A stretch of DNA of 63,383 bases, the filler included, from Reclinomonas americana ATCC 50394 (Eukaryota), in assembly GCA_048213135.1 (NCBI GenBank). It is 15 parts of 15 records of this genome, joined end to end, with 100 filler letters (N's around TTAATTAATTAA, not from the genome) between each part and the next. Parts side by side here need not be neighbours in the genome. Positions count along the whole stretch, not along the records: positions 14,183 to 20,985 come from AFZH01022344.1; positions 21,086 to 22,577 come from AFZH01022345.1; positions 22,678 to 23,804 come from AFZH01022346.1; positions 23,905 to 28,722 come from AFZH01022347.1; 11 more parts are not named here. One strand, 5' to 3'. The notes beneath the pieces are model-generated. The model was not told the origin of the DNA, did no database searches, and worked only from the letters and a program-made list of their open reading frames with translations. Position numbers and translations under genes: made by a program. Shown one piece after another: positions 15,194-26,443 of this stretch. The stretch's first letter is position 1, and every line of letters begins with the position of its first letter.

Positions 15194-15452
15194 GTGTGTG
15201 TTCGATAAGTAGTGCTTGCTGTTGTTTAGAGAATTTGTGGTTGTTTGTATGTTTGTGTTTCCTTTCGTCAACTATTATTTGCTGCAATGCGCGCGCGTGT
15301 GTGTGTATGCCGCGCCACCGTGAGGGTTTCTTGAAAAAGAAGAAAATGAAAATCCATCCGTGAAGAATCGATATCCGAATCTTTTCGTCGTTGCACGCAA
15401 AGCCCTCTCCTCATCCCCCCTCCATTCTCACTCCCTCACACACACTTAAAAC

Positions 15453-16266
15453 ATGCGATTCGTTGTTGGTTCGTCAATCACGACACGCAGCGATCGCGAT
15501 GATTCGTTTTCTGACTATTGTTTTTTCTTTGCTCACTGTCCACTCTCGCAGGCGTCGACGGAAGCGACAGTAGCATGCAAGCTGCCGCGCGAGCAGCGCA
15601 ACTGGCCAAGCCCGGCGATCTGATCCTGGTTTGCACAACACGCAAGCGAGCGAGAGAAAAGATGCGATCTATTGAATTGCTTTTTTTGCAGCTGCTCGGC
15701 GCAGTGCCCACGCCGTTCAAACTCGCCGTTGCGTGCATAGCATACTCTCACTCGCTGTCTCTGTCACTGTCTGCCTCACGCGCATCTGCGCAGATGGTGA
15801 CGGAGGACGGCGACGCGGTCTTGTCTGACGAGCTCGAGGATCCGGACCCGGAGGCGGTGGCGAGCACGGCTGCGGTGCTGTCCAAGGCGGCCTCGCAGGT
15901 GACGCGAGCACTGCCGGAGGCGCACGGTGTGCTGGTGCAGGAGCGTGTAATGGCCGGCGATCCGCGGTATGCGATTCTGGAGGCGGTCGATGAAGTCGGC
16001 GCCGACTTTGTGGGTGAGCTCTCGCGATCGCTCTGGTGTGAAAGCCTGCTGCTGACGTGTGGTGTGGTGTGCAGTGGTGGGCACGCAGAGCAAGGGCTTC
16101 ATCAAGCGCATGATTGTCGGCTCGTTGCGTGCACGTGCTGTGCCTTCACTTCCCCTCCTGTCCTTACTGTGTACTCGTTGCGTGTAGCACGGCGGATTAT
16201 CTTGTGCATCACGCGCCGTGCGCTGTCATTGTGGTGCGCGATGAGAAAACAGCCGGCAGTGAGTGA
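15453..16266 (+). CDS. Universal stress protein (UspA family), 5 introns
   Basis: Spliced product MRFVVGVDGS...GDPRYAILEAVDEVGADFVVVGTQSKGFIKRMIVGSTADYLVHHAPCAVIVVR. Confidence 0.92.
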
Positions 16267-16298
16267 ATGAAGTCATCCGCGCACACTTCATTACCGCG

Positions 16299-19200
16299 TT
16301 ACACGCGAATGGTGATCGACTTGACTTCGGTGTACAGCTGCGCAGGTGTGCACGGTTCAGTTCACATGTCGACATCAGCAGGGTGCTTGTGATGCATGCG
16401 CACGCACCTGCAAGGCGTACTCGCCGCAATCGCGTCCGTAGCCAGACTCGCGGTACCCTGCACCACCCACTGTCAGCATCAATCGTGGACGACAGACTTG
16501 CTCACTCTCATGCATACCTCCAAACGGCTGCTCGGCCCAGGAGGCATTGTAGCAGTTGACCCACTGTGCGGCGTACGTGTCAGTAGGCTGTTGTCTTTTC
16601 ATCGCCGCGCATTTAGTCGGCAACTCACCACCGAGCCGGCCTGAGCATGCAGCGGAGCGCACGAATGAGAAAATATCTACAGGGCAGCAAGGCACACACA
16701 CGCACACACAAGTCACATGCACCTTCAAGTTGTCGAGCAACGAAAATACTGCGCAGAGTGCACCAGTGAGGAAACAACACCTTGCATGACTGGTAAGGGG
16801 GAAAGCACAAGCACACCTCGTGTCACATCCTGCGTTTCGGTAGGAATAAAGAAAACAAACGTAATGAGCATGGAAACAATGCACCAAGCACACACACATA
16901 GATGCATACCTGTGTGAACACGGCCGCTGCAAGCCTGCACCAAATTGATTAGTTCAACTTCCATACACACTGCCGAACCACCTCTCACAAGCAACTGACC
17001 CAAAGTTGGAGGTGTTGGCGCGGAGAAGAGCCTCCTCGGGCTCATGGAAGCGGAACACAGACATTACGGGTCCTGCACGCCCGACAGAGTGAGTGAACAG
17101 GCCATCCACCAAGCAAGCGCACGCCGATTCAAATACCGAAAATCTCCTCCTGCAAACACCGCACCATTAGTCACCGCCAGCCACGCAAACTCATCGCCGA
17201 CGCACGTACCTTGGCGATGGACATGGAGTCGTTGACATTGGTGAACACGGTGGGTGCCACAAAGTAACCGCGGTCACCGATCCGATCGCCACCACACGCC
17301 AGTGTCGCACCCTCGGCTTTACCCTGCGTCGAGTGAGGCCACGGAGATGACGCAATGTTCGACGCACGACTACAGTCTCACCTTCTGCACGTAGCCGAGC
17401 ACGCGGTCCAGTTGTTCCTGAGAAATCAAGGGGCCTTGCTCGACCGACTCCTGGAAAGGGTCGCCGACCTTGGCACGACGCTGTCGCGCCAGCTCCACCG
17501 TCATCTCCACAAACTGGTCGTACACCTTGTCATGCACAAAGATGCGCGTGCCGGCAGAGCAGCTGCGGTGCACGTTGCGTGTGTCAAGCACCAACCGGCG
17601 AAGCGGCGACATGGGAGGGGGCGAAGCACGCAACACTTGACCGGCGTTGTAGAATGTGGCCTCCTGAATGACGCGTGCAGTGCGCTTGAGGTTGGCGTCG
17701 TCAAACACAATCACCGGACTCTGCGGCATGCAGTGAGCCACGCAGCACGGCGACGGGTGGCGACGCGAGTGCGAGATGCGAGATACTCACCTTGCCACCG
17801 AGCTCCAGAGAACAGCGCTTCAGGTTGGACATTACGGCGGCTGCAATTATTGGGAGACGGTCATGCTGCTTATTGAAGAAACTCGTAGCCACACCGAAAA
17901 GGCGACTGTACCTTGCTGCACAAGTCGACCAACTTCCAAACTCCCTGTCGCACACACACACACGTCATGTCACTTGTAGTCGACACGCACACACGTCAAT
18001 GATGGCATGCACACCAGTGAATGCGACCTTGTCAATATCCATGTGGCGGGAGATCATGGCGCCGGTGGCTCCGTCACCTGCGTGCACGTGCGCCCGTGAA
18101 CAAAAGGGCAACGACAGCAATTTCACGCCATCACACACGCACCAGGGAGGACGTTGAATACGCCCGGCGGCACGCCGGCCTTCTCGCACAGCTCCGCAAA
18201 GGCAAGAGCAGTCAACGGCGTTTGCTCAGCTGGCCTGCACGTGATATGAGGTCATGCTGAGTTGCCATCCACGTGCGAATGCACGCGGCGGTAAAGACGG
18301 AACTTGAGCACTGCAACGAAGCACGCATGTGAGAGACTGTGGGTGGCCAGAGATCGAGGAACAAACATGGTGCGACACACCTACAGTGCAACCGATGGAG
18401 AGGGCCGGGGCCACCTTCCACGACAACTGAGAGCGGGTGCGAAATGAGCAGCGACACCCCGCACGGCCTCACACACAGTGGCGCACACGCAACCATGTTG
18501 AGCTGTGGTAAGGTGGAGCACGAATCGTTTGCGTTGTGAGTCTGACAAGGGGTGTGTTGTTTCCATCATATGCAGGTGTTTTTCACGCACAGGGAAGTTC
18601 CTGCGCACACAATTAAGTTGCTGTCAGACATGTGAAGAAAGAGAGTGAATACGTGTGTGACAATACCATGGGATGATGGCTCCTGATCATCCTCATGAAA
18701 ACAGCGAAGTGAGCGACCGGCCGCTGATGATCAACCACCGTGCGACAATCAACTCTCACCGACGACTGCGTGCACGACACAGTCAGTCGCCACGCAACAC
18801 ACAGTCGCACTCAAATGACGCACGCACACACCTCCCACGGGCTCGTGATACGTAAAGCTCTTGTACTGCACAACAACAATGCATTAATGAGCGCGACATC
18901 CACACCACGTAGCCGCTCACCAACGCGTCGTTCGCTCACCCCCGGACCTGCACACCAATGTCAGCCGACGCGGGATTCTCCAGAGGCATACCGCACGCAC
19001 GCAACGAGTCTCAATGACCTTTCCGTTGACCTTGCCCGCCCTGACAACCTGCAATTCAGTACTGCACTTCTCCGCGCACTCGTGAACGCACACACCCGCT
19101 CACCATCTTCACCCCCCATACACGATCCATTGACAGAATCGTCAGTGGAATGTGAAGACCAGACACACACACATGCATACACACAAACAACACACCCAGC

Positions 19201-19859
19201 ATCTGCAGGCACGGCAATGAGAAAGAAAGGAGGAGGAGGGAGGATCGGAAAAATACACGCAACAATAGCGAAAGTGTTCCGCAGTCAGCGGCACATCACC
19301 CGAGCGCGTGTCGGCCACCGGCTGCACGCGCACTCATTTGAGCAACTCTGCTACTCACAACAATGCACAGACAGCAGTGTGTGCCTTTCCACCATCCAGC
19401 GACTCGAGCGTGGCCAGCCACTCGGCATTCTCCTCAATGAGATCCGCCAGACGCGTCAGAATGCGACACCGATCAAGTGCCGGCGTGCGTCGCCACCTGC
19501 TCTCTCCCACCCGCATTAGGAGAGAGATGGACTGGTGACACACACACACACACAAGAGACATGTGCGCAACGGATCGAAAGCGGTGCGAGCTGCACGCAC
19601 GGCATCATCGACATCCTCTTGCCCGGCTTGCGACACCTGCACATGAGCGTGTGTGTGCGATGGAGTCGTGCGCGCGAAAACACGTGCCCCCTCTCCACTC
19701 GCGATCACGCACGTCACAGATGACGCTCTCGGTGGCGGGGTTGAGAGTGGGAAAGGTGCGGCCGGTGCGTGCGGCGCGGAACTCGCCGTTGATGTAGACT
19801 CCGGTGGAGCGTGGCAGACGCACACGCGACGCCGCGGCCGAGGAGGAGAACCAACGCAT
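16299..19859 (-). CDS. Aldehyde dehydrogenase (ALDH1/2-like), about 30 introns, many microexons
   Basis: Spliced motifs [91 protein letters not shown]; start codon may lie further upstream. Confidence 0.95.
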
Positions 19860-20095
19860 TTGCGCGATGGTTCGGAAAGCTGGCCGTTGTGTGAACGCAG
19901 ATGAAGCGCTGGCTGCGCGCGAAATTGTAACGTTGAGTTGCAACGGCTAGCAAGAATTTCCATCGCTTTTTGCAAACTTCGTGAGCGAAGAGTGCGTGTG
20001 TGTTGTCTGTGTGGTGTTGCGCTGCTGTTGCATTTCCGTGTTGACTGTGAGTGAGAGTGAGAGTGCGATTGTTTGTTTTCGTTGAAAGAGATAGA

Positions 20096-20985
20096 ATGCA
20101 GTCGAGGTGGTCCCGCTGTTTCCTGTACGCGGTGACACTGGCTGCGCTTGCGTTGCTGATTTTCGCGCCCTCGGCGTCGGCTGGTTCCAGCACTGAAGGT
20201 GCGTTGCCGGCAGCTTTCAAGCCTCGCGTTGCGTTGCGCCGCTCACTCTGCGCCTCTTCTCATCTCCGCTCTTTCCCTCTTTCCCGCCACTCTGCTCTGC
20301 AGTTGATGAGGCGCGCCACCTGCTGGTGGACGGCACGCTGGACATGTCGGAGGCGCTGGCCATGGAGTCCATGATGTTTGAGAATACTGCTGATGACGAG
20401 TTGACGGCCGGTTTGTTCGCACTGGTGACCTTCGCGCACACACCACCAGCTTCTCTCAAAAAAGGCAAATGCAGAAATCGATGCCGATGTTGTCGATGTT
20501 GGAGTGCTGGATGAAGAAGCCGACCTGATGGCCGCTGAGGAGGCTGACATGGACGACTTTGACGATGCCGAGTCGCTGGGTGTGGCTGCTGTTGAAACTG
20601 AGCCGCCGCCGCCTCCGCCGCCGACGGTATGTATCTTCATGCACGAGTCTTTCTTTTGTGCCCTCTTTCACTTGCTCACACCACCACATGTGTATTTTTT
20701 GCATGTGCAGCCGGCCCCGAAGGACGGCAAGGATTCCAAGGGCAAGGTATCGTACCCGGTTGTGCTTTGTCTCGTGGCTTTTTTCATTGCAAAAATTCTC
20801 ACCAAACATGTACAGCCGTGCGACACTGACCCGAAGGGTGGCAAGGACTCAAAGAGTGGCAAGCCTCAGGGAGGCAAGGACTCCAAGGGCCCTGGTGGCA
20901 AGGACTCGAAGGGTGGCAAGCCTCAGGGTGGCAAGGACTCCAAGGGCAGCAAGGGTCCGGGCGGCAAGCCTCCGGGTTCCAAGGG
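20096..20985 (+). CDS. Secreted protein with acidic region, poly-Pro and GGKDSK repeats, 3' partial
   Basis: Signal-peptide-like N-terminus (FLYAVTLAALALLIFAPSASA), GT-AG introns, repeated (G)GKDSK(G) units. Confidence 0.6.
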
Positions 20986-21085
20986 NNNNNNNNNNNNNNN
21001 NNNNNNNNNNNNNNNNNNNNNNNNNNNNNTTAATTAATTAANNNNNNNNNNNNNNNNNNNNNNNNNNNNNNNNNNNNNNNNNNNN

Positions 21086-21430
21086 CGGGCCCTTCTCGCC
21101 GCCTCGGCCGGCGAAGCGATCGGCGATCTGCTTCTGCGTGGCGTTGAGGAAGTTGACGCCGAAGCTGCGATGGCGGGCGAGCACCGGAAAACTCGACGAA
21201 GCCAAGTTGAGCCCGAACATCACCGTCGGCGGCTCGGCCGAGAGCGAGGACAGCGAAGTGACGGTCAAGCCCGTGCGATCGGCGCCCTGCCCCGTCGTGA
21301 TCACGCTGACGCCGCCGGCGAGATGGCGCAGCGCCGACCGGAAGCTCGGCGCCTCGGCTTGTGCCGACGCGGCGCGGCCGAACTGACGAGGGGCCGCGGA
21401 TGCTGGAGTGACGAGCGAGACAACGGTCAT
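21086..21430 (-). CDS. Flavin reductase family protein, 3' truncated by spacer (bacterial)
   Basis: FRSALRHLAGGVSVITT...G.TV.S..S.S.EPP, FGVNFL. Confidence 0.9.
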
Positions 21431-22025
21431 GAAGGCCTCGGCTGGCGGGAGGACGCAGCGAGGCGCACGTCGCCAGGGGACGACGTTTCGACCGGACGGA
21501 CCGGCACGCTGACGCTGCTAGGGAATGACAGGTCCTGCGGTCAGGCCGCGGGACGGCGGATCAGGAACATCGCAGCGAGCTGCGAGATCGCTCGGATTCC
21601 AAAGTATTGCCTGGTTTCATCGACGTGTCTCCGCGCTCGGAGCCCACGAAAGCATCGTGGTGCTTTTAGCATTGTTGACGCGGCGCAAGCTGCTCCAGCA
21701 AATCCCGCGATCGGGCACAGTCATCGGCGCTCGATATTGACATTCTTCCTGCGAAAACAGCCAGGGTCAATGAAATGTCCTTTCAAAGATGCGACCGGCC
21801 GGAGGCGGAAGCGCTCGCGAAGTGTAACCAATATGGAGGATTCCGTTCCACCCACGGCCAGCGGCAGGTGGCGACGGACCAAGGCTCGACCGCCGCGCAG
21901 TCGATCCATGCCCCCGGCTCCGACCTCAGCTGACCTCCTGCTCAGACAGCCGGTCGCTGCGGGCGCCAAAGCCAGCCTCTCGCAAGGCCGCCCGGGGCGC
22001 CAGGGACAAGCGCGCTATGAGCCAG

Positions 22026-22053
22026 TTGACAGTTTTGCAATCGATTACATAAT
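22026..22053 (+). promoter_or_regulatory. sigma70-type promoter overlapped by a LacI-type operator
   Basis: TTGACA-N16-CATAAT with the palindrome TGCAATCGATTACA (22036-22049) between the hexamers; a LacI gene lies in the adjacent sugar-ABC pieces. Confidence 0.7.
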
Positions 22054-22192
22054 CGCTTTTGAAGCGGCTCCATAGAATGAGCCGCTCTTGGGAGGAGCAC
22101 CGGTCATGTGCATCGGCATCGTCGATTCATCGACTTCTTGCAGCAGTGCGACCGCGCTGCGGCTGCGCTGAACCCGCGCGAAGGCCCGGGCC

Positions 22193-22577
22193 ATGGTTCA
22201 GATCGGCTTCAACCTGCTGACGGTCGGCGGCTTCATCGACGAAGCGCATCTGCCGCTGTGCGAGCGCATCCGCGCGATCGGATATGACGGCGTCGAGATC
22301 CCGGTCTTCGAGGGCGATATCGGCCATTATGAGAAGCTCGGCCGCCGCCTCGACGCGATCGGCCTGAAGCGCACCATCGTCACCATCGTCGCCGAGGACA
22401 GCAACCCGCTCTCGTCCGATCCGGCCATCCGCCGACAAGCGCGGGAGCGCCATCGCTGGGCGATCGACTGCGCCGCGGCGCTCGGCGCGACCGTCATTGC
22501 CGGCCCCTATCACTCGCCGGTCGGCGTCTTCACCGGCGAAGGCCCGCGCGAGGACGAGCTCGCTCATCTCGCCGAAG
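22193..22577 (+). CDS. Sugar epimerase/isomerase (D-psicose/D-tagatose 3-epimerase-like), partial
   Basis: GYDGVEIP, NPLSSDP..R, IDCAAALGA..IAGP.HSP.G.F.G. Confidence 0.85.
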
Positions 22578-22677
22578 NNNNNNNNNNNNNNNNNNNNNNN
22601 NNNNNNNNNNNNNNNNNNNNNTTAATTAATTAANNNNNNNNNNNNNNNNNNNNNNNNNNNNNNNNNNNNNNNNNNNN

Positions 22678-23224
22678 CCCGTTGGCCTAGTCCTCAGGTT
22701 CCTACCGGCCGTTCCCTAGGCCTTCGCCGTACTGGCCGGACTCGGGCCCCGTGCCCTGGTCGGTGCTGCTGCTGTTCGTGCTGGCCTTTGCGATCTGGCT
22801 GCTGCTGACGCGCACGCGCTTCGGCGCGCATCTCTACGCCACCGGCGGCAATCGCGACGGCGCCCGCCTCGCCGGCATCCGTACCGAGCGCGTGATGATC
22901 GGCGCGCATGTGCTGTGCTCGCTGATGGCCGGTTTGACCGGGCTCTATCTCGCTAGCCGCCTGCGCGCCGGCGCACCCTGGGTCGGCCGCGACGGCGTCT
23001 ACGACCTTGAATCCATCGCCATCGTCGTGATTGGCGGCACCTTGCTCGCCGGCGGGCGCGGCGGCGTCTGGGGCACGCTGGCCGGCGTCTTCCTGTTCGC
23101 CACGCTCGATGCCGTCTTCAACATGACCGGCATCGACGCCTTCCCGAAGCAGGTGCTGCGCGGCGCCATCGTCATCCTCGCGGTCGCCGTCTACGCGGTG
23201 CGCAGCCGGGGGCATGTCGCATGA
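22678..23224 (+). CDS. Sugar ABC transporter permease (RbsC-like), 5' partial
   Basis: T.FG..LYA.GGN...ARLAGI, Y.LESIA.VVIGGT.L.GGRG. Confidence 0.9.
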
Positions 23225-23804
23225 GCGCGGTTGCCACTCATACCGGCCCTTCGGCGGCGCTGCGCTTCGCCCGCGGTGTCAATGTCGGCCTCGCCGTCTT
23301 CCTCGTGCTCTATGGCACGATCGCCGTGCTGCAGCCGGGCTATTTCGAGGTCGAGGGCTTCCTCAACTTCCTGCGCCGGGCCGCGCCGCTGATCATCCTC
23401 GCCTGCGGCCAGCTCTTCGTCATCGCCGGCGGCGGCTTCGATCTGTCGATGGGCTCGCTGGTCACCCTGACCGTGCTCGGCGGCTCGATGCTGGCCGGCG
23501 GCAATCCCGAGAACACGTGGTGGACGATCGGCGTGCTCTATCTGATCGGGCTCGGCGTCGGGCTGGTGAATGGGCTCGTCGTCACCCTGCTCAAGGTGCC
23601 CTCGATCATCGCGACGCTCGGCATGCTGCTCTCGCTCAACGGCGCTGCGCTGATGTGGTCGGGTGGGGCGCCGCGCGGCTATCTGCCGGAGAATTTCCGC
23701 GCGCTCGGCCGCTTCGTCTATCGCGACGTCCCGCTGACCGGAATCATGCCGCTCTCGGTGCTCATCCTGATCGGATTCGTCGGGATCGCCGCCTGGCTGC
23801 TGCA
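23221..23804 (+). CDS. Second sugar ABC permease, N-terminal part
   Basis: GGFDLSMGS, G.VNG..V..LKVPSIIATLG; ATGA overlap with the upstream gene. Confidence 0.9.
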
Positions 23805-23904
23805 NNNNNNNNNNNNNNNNNNNNNNNNNNNNNNNNNNNNNNNNNNNNTTAATTAATTAANNNNNNNNNNNNNNNNNNNNNNNNNNNNNNNNNNNNNNNN
23901 NNNN

Positions 23905-24081
23905 CAGCTGCTCGGCGGACGCGCCAGCGTGACCGGCGCCGTCGCTGGCGCGCTCAGCCTGTTCGCCCTGTTCACCTTGCTCAACCTGATGGGTTTGCCG
24001 CAGCCGCTGCGCGAAACCGTGCAGGGCCTGATCCTGATCGCCGCGGTGGCGTCGAGCGCCTGGCGGATGCGGCGCGCCTGA
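23905..24081 (+). CDS. Sugar ABC permease C-terminal fragment
   Basis: LLGGRASVTGAVAGAL...VQGLILIAAV; probably the same gene as 23221-23804. Confidence 0.75.
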   Translation, partial: QLLGGRASVTGAVAGALSLFALFTLLNLMGLPQPLRETVQGLILIAAVASSAWRMRRA

Positions 24082-24163
24082 GACTGAGAGTTTTCGGAAG
24101 CGCGTGATCCCACGCGCTCCGCCAGAGGCCGCCGGCAAGGCGGCGCGACAGAGGGAGGTGAAC

Positions 24164-25288
24164 ATGAAGACGCAGATCGGTTTGGCGGCGCTGCTGGCAG
24201 CATTGTCGACAGGCGCCGTCGCCCAGAACTTCAACGATCCCGCCGAGTTCGAGCGGCAGAAGGCGCTGCTCACGGTCACCCCGCAGGGTCCGGAGGGCAA
24301 GCCCTGGGAGCAGAATCTCGGCGGCGAAAAGGTCGACACCGCCAAGTACAAGAAGCCCGGCCCCTACAAGCTCTGCTTCTCCAATGCCGGCGTGAACAAT
24401 CCCTGGCGCGTCGTCGGCTTCACCAATATGCAGGCCGAGGTCGACGCCAACAAGGCCGACATCGCCTCGTTCACCCATGCCGATGCCGAGGGCAAGGACG
24501 ACAAGCAGATCTCGGACATCAACGCCTTCGTCAACAGCGGCCAGTGCGATGCGCTGATCGTCTCGCCGAACACCACCGCGGCGCTGACGCCGGCAGTCGA
24601 GGCTGCCGCCAAGAAGCTGCCGGTCGTGGTCTTCGACCGCGGCGTCGACAGCAAGGCGCCGGTCACCTTCATCAACCCGATCGGCGGCTACGGCTTCGGC
24701 ATCCAGGGCGCGAGTTTCATCGCCGAGAAGATCCCGGCCGGCGGCGCGGTGCTGGCGCTGCGCATCCTGCCGGGCGTCGACGTGCTGGAGAACCGCTGGG
24801 CTGCGGCCGAGCGCATCTTCAAGGAGAAGGGCATCAAGGTCGTCGGCGCCGAATTCACCAATGGCGACAACGCCAAGACCAAGGCGATCGTCGAGGACTA
24901 CCTCAACCGCTTCGGCAAGATCGACGGCGTCTGGATGGATGCCGGCGCGACGGCGGTCGCGGCGCTCGAAGCCTTCGAGGATGCCGGCAAGCCCTATCCG
25001 GTGATCAATGGCGAGGACCAGCAGGACTTCCTGCAGAAGTGGAAGAAGAACAAGCTCACCGCGATCGCGCCGACCTATCCGACCTATCAGTGGCGCACCC
25101 CGGTGATCGCGGCGATCCGCATCCTCAAGGGCGAGCCGGTCACCGGCCCGACCTGGAAGCTGCCGCAGCCGGCGATCACTGCCGAGACCCTCGACAAATT
25201 CGTCAACGACAAGATGCCGCCGCTGCACTACGCGCTCTGCGGCTGCGAGCAGATGGCGAACTACCCGGCTCGCTGGGGCGGCAAGTAA
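24164..25288 (+). CDS. Sugar ABC transporter substrate-binding protein
   Basis: RBS GGAGG, signal peptide, FSNA...NPWR, DA.G...KQI.DI, PVVVFDR. Confidence 0.92.
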   Translation: MKTQIGLAALLAALSTGAVAQNFNDPAEFERQKALLTVTPQGPEGKPWEQNLGGEKVDTAKYKKPGPYKLCFSNAGVNNPWRVVGFTNMQAEVDANKADIASFTHADAEGKDDKQISDINAFVNSGQCDALIVSPNTTAALTPAVEAAAKKLPVVVFDRGVDSKAPVTFINPIGGYGFGIQGASFIAEKIPAGGAVLALRILPGVDVLENRWAAAERIFKEKGIKVVGAEFTNGDNAKTKAIVEDYLNRFGKIDGVWMDAGATAVAALEAFEDAGKPYPVINGEDQQDFLQKWKKNKLTAIAPTYPTYQWRTPVIAAIRILKGEPVTGPTWKLPQPAITAETLDKFVNDKMPPLHYALCGCEQMANYPARWGGK

Positions 25289-25411
25289 CGACGACATCGG
25301 GCGCCTGCATGCGGCAGGCGCCCGCTTTTGCCCTAACGGCAGCGATTGCGGCATGATGGGCTTCCTGCCTCCTCCTGCCGATTCGCTGTCGCAATTTCCC
25401 GATCATTCGCC

Positions 25412-26437
25412 TTGCAAGACGTATCCACAACCGCCCCGACCATCGCCGAAGTCGCCCGCCTCGCCGGCGTTTCGACCGCGACGGTGTCGCGGGCGTTGGC
25501 CCAGCCCGAGAAGGTCAAGGCCCGCACCCGCGAGCGCGTGATCGAGGCGGTCAAGGCGACCGGCTTCATCCCCAACGCCCAGGCCCGCAATCTGCGCCTC
25601 CAGGCGACGCGCACCGTGATCCTGCTGGTGCGCGACATCAGCAACCCGTTCTATCTCGAGATCTACAAGGGCGTCGAAGAAGCGGCGATCGACGCCGGCT
25701 ACAAGGTGCTGATGGGCGACGCCCGCGACGATGACGAGCGCATCCTGCGCTATGTCGACATGGTCAGGGAGCGTCATGCCGACGGGCTGATCCTGATGGT
25801 CGGCCGCTTCCCCGAACTCCTCGCCAAGCGCAGCCGCCTGCCGCCCATCGTGGTCGCACTGGAGAGGCTGCCCGGGCTGAATCTGCCGACCGTCAAAATC
25901 GACAACCATGCCGCCGCCCGCTCCGCCGTGGCGCATCTCGCCCGGCTCGGCCATCGCCGCATCGCCCACATCGCCGGCCCGATGCCGGACCCGATGAGCG
26001 TCGACCGCCGCGACGGCTATCTCGCCGGCCTCGCCGATGCGGGTATCGCAGCCGATCCTGATCTCGTCGTCGAGGGCGATTTCGGGCTGGCCGCAGGTAG
26101 AGCGGCGATCCGCACGCTCGCCGACAGAGGCGCCAGCTACACCGCCATCTTCGCCGCCAGTGACCAGATGGCGGTCGGTGCCATGGGTGAGCTCCGCGCC
26201 CGCGGCCGCCACGTGCCCGACGACGTCTCGGTCGTCGGCTTCGACGACATCGTGCTGGCGGAGGCGGTCGAGCCGCAGCTCACCACAATCCATCAGCCCC
26301 GCCGCGAGATCGGCCAGGCGGCGATGGCGCTGTTGATCGAGCAATTGTCGGGGCGCGGCGCCCCGTCCGACCTGACACTGTCGACAAGGCTGATCGAGCG
26401 TGCCTCGGCGGCCGTGCCGCCCAAGCAAGCCCGATAG
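25412..26437 (+). CDS. LacI family transcriptional regulator
   Basis: PTIAEVARLAGVSTATVSRAL HTH, PDDVSVVGFDD; start codon uncertain. Confidence 0.95.
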   Translation: MQDVSTTAPTIAEVARLAGVSTATVSRALAQPEKVKARTRERVIEAVKATGFIPNAQARNLRLQATRTVILLVRDISNPFYLEIYKGVEEAAIDAGYKVLMGDARDDDERILRYVDMVRERHADGLILMVGRFPELLAKRSRLPPIVVALERLPGLNLPTVKIDNHAAARSAVAHLARLGHRRIAHIAGPMPDPMSVDRRDGYLAGLADAGIAADPDLVVEGDFGLAAGRAAIRTLADRGASYTAIFAASDQMAVGAMGELRARGRHVPDDVSVVGFDDIVLAEAVEPQLTTIHQPRREIGQAAMALLIEQLSGRGAPSDLTLSTRLIERASAAVPPKQAR

Positions 26438-26443
26438 GGCGCC

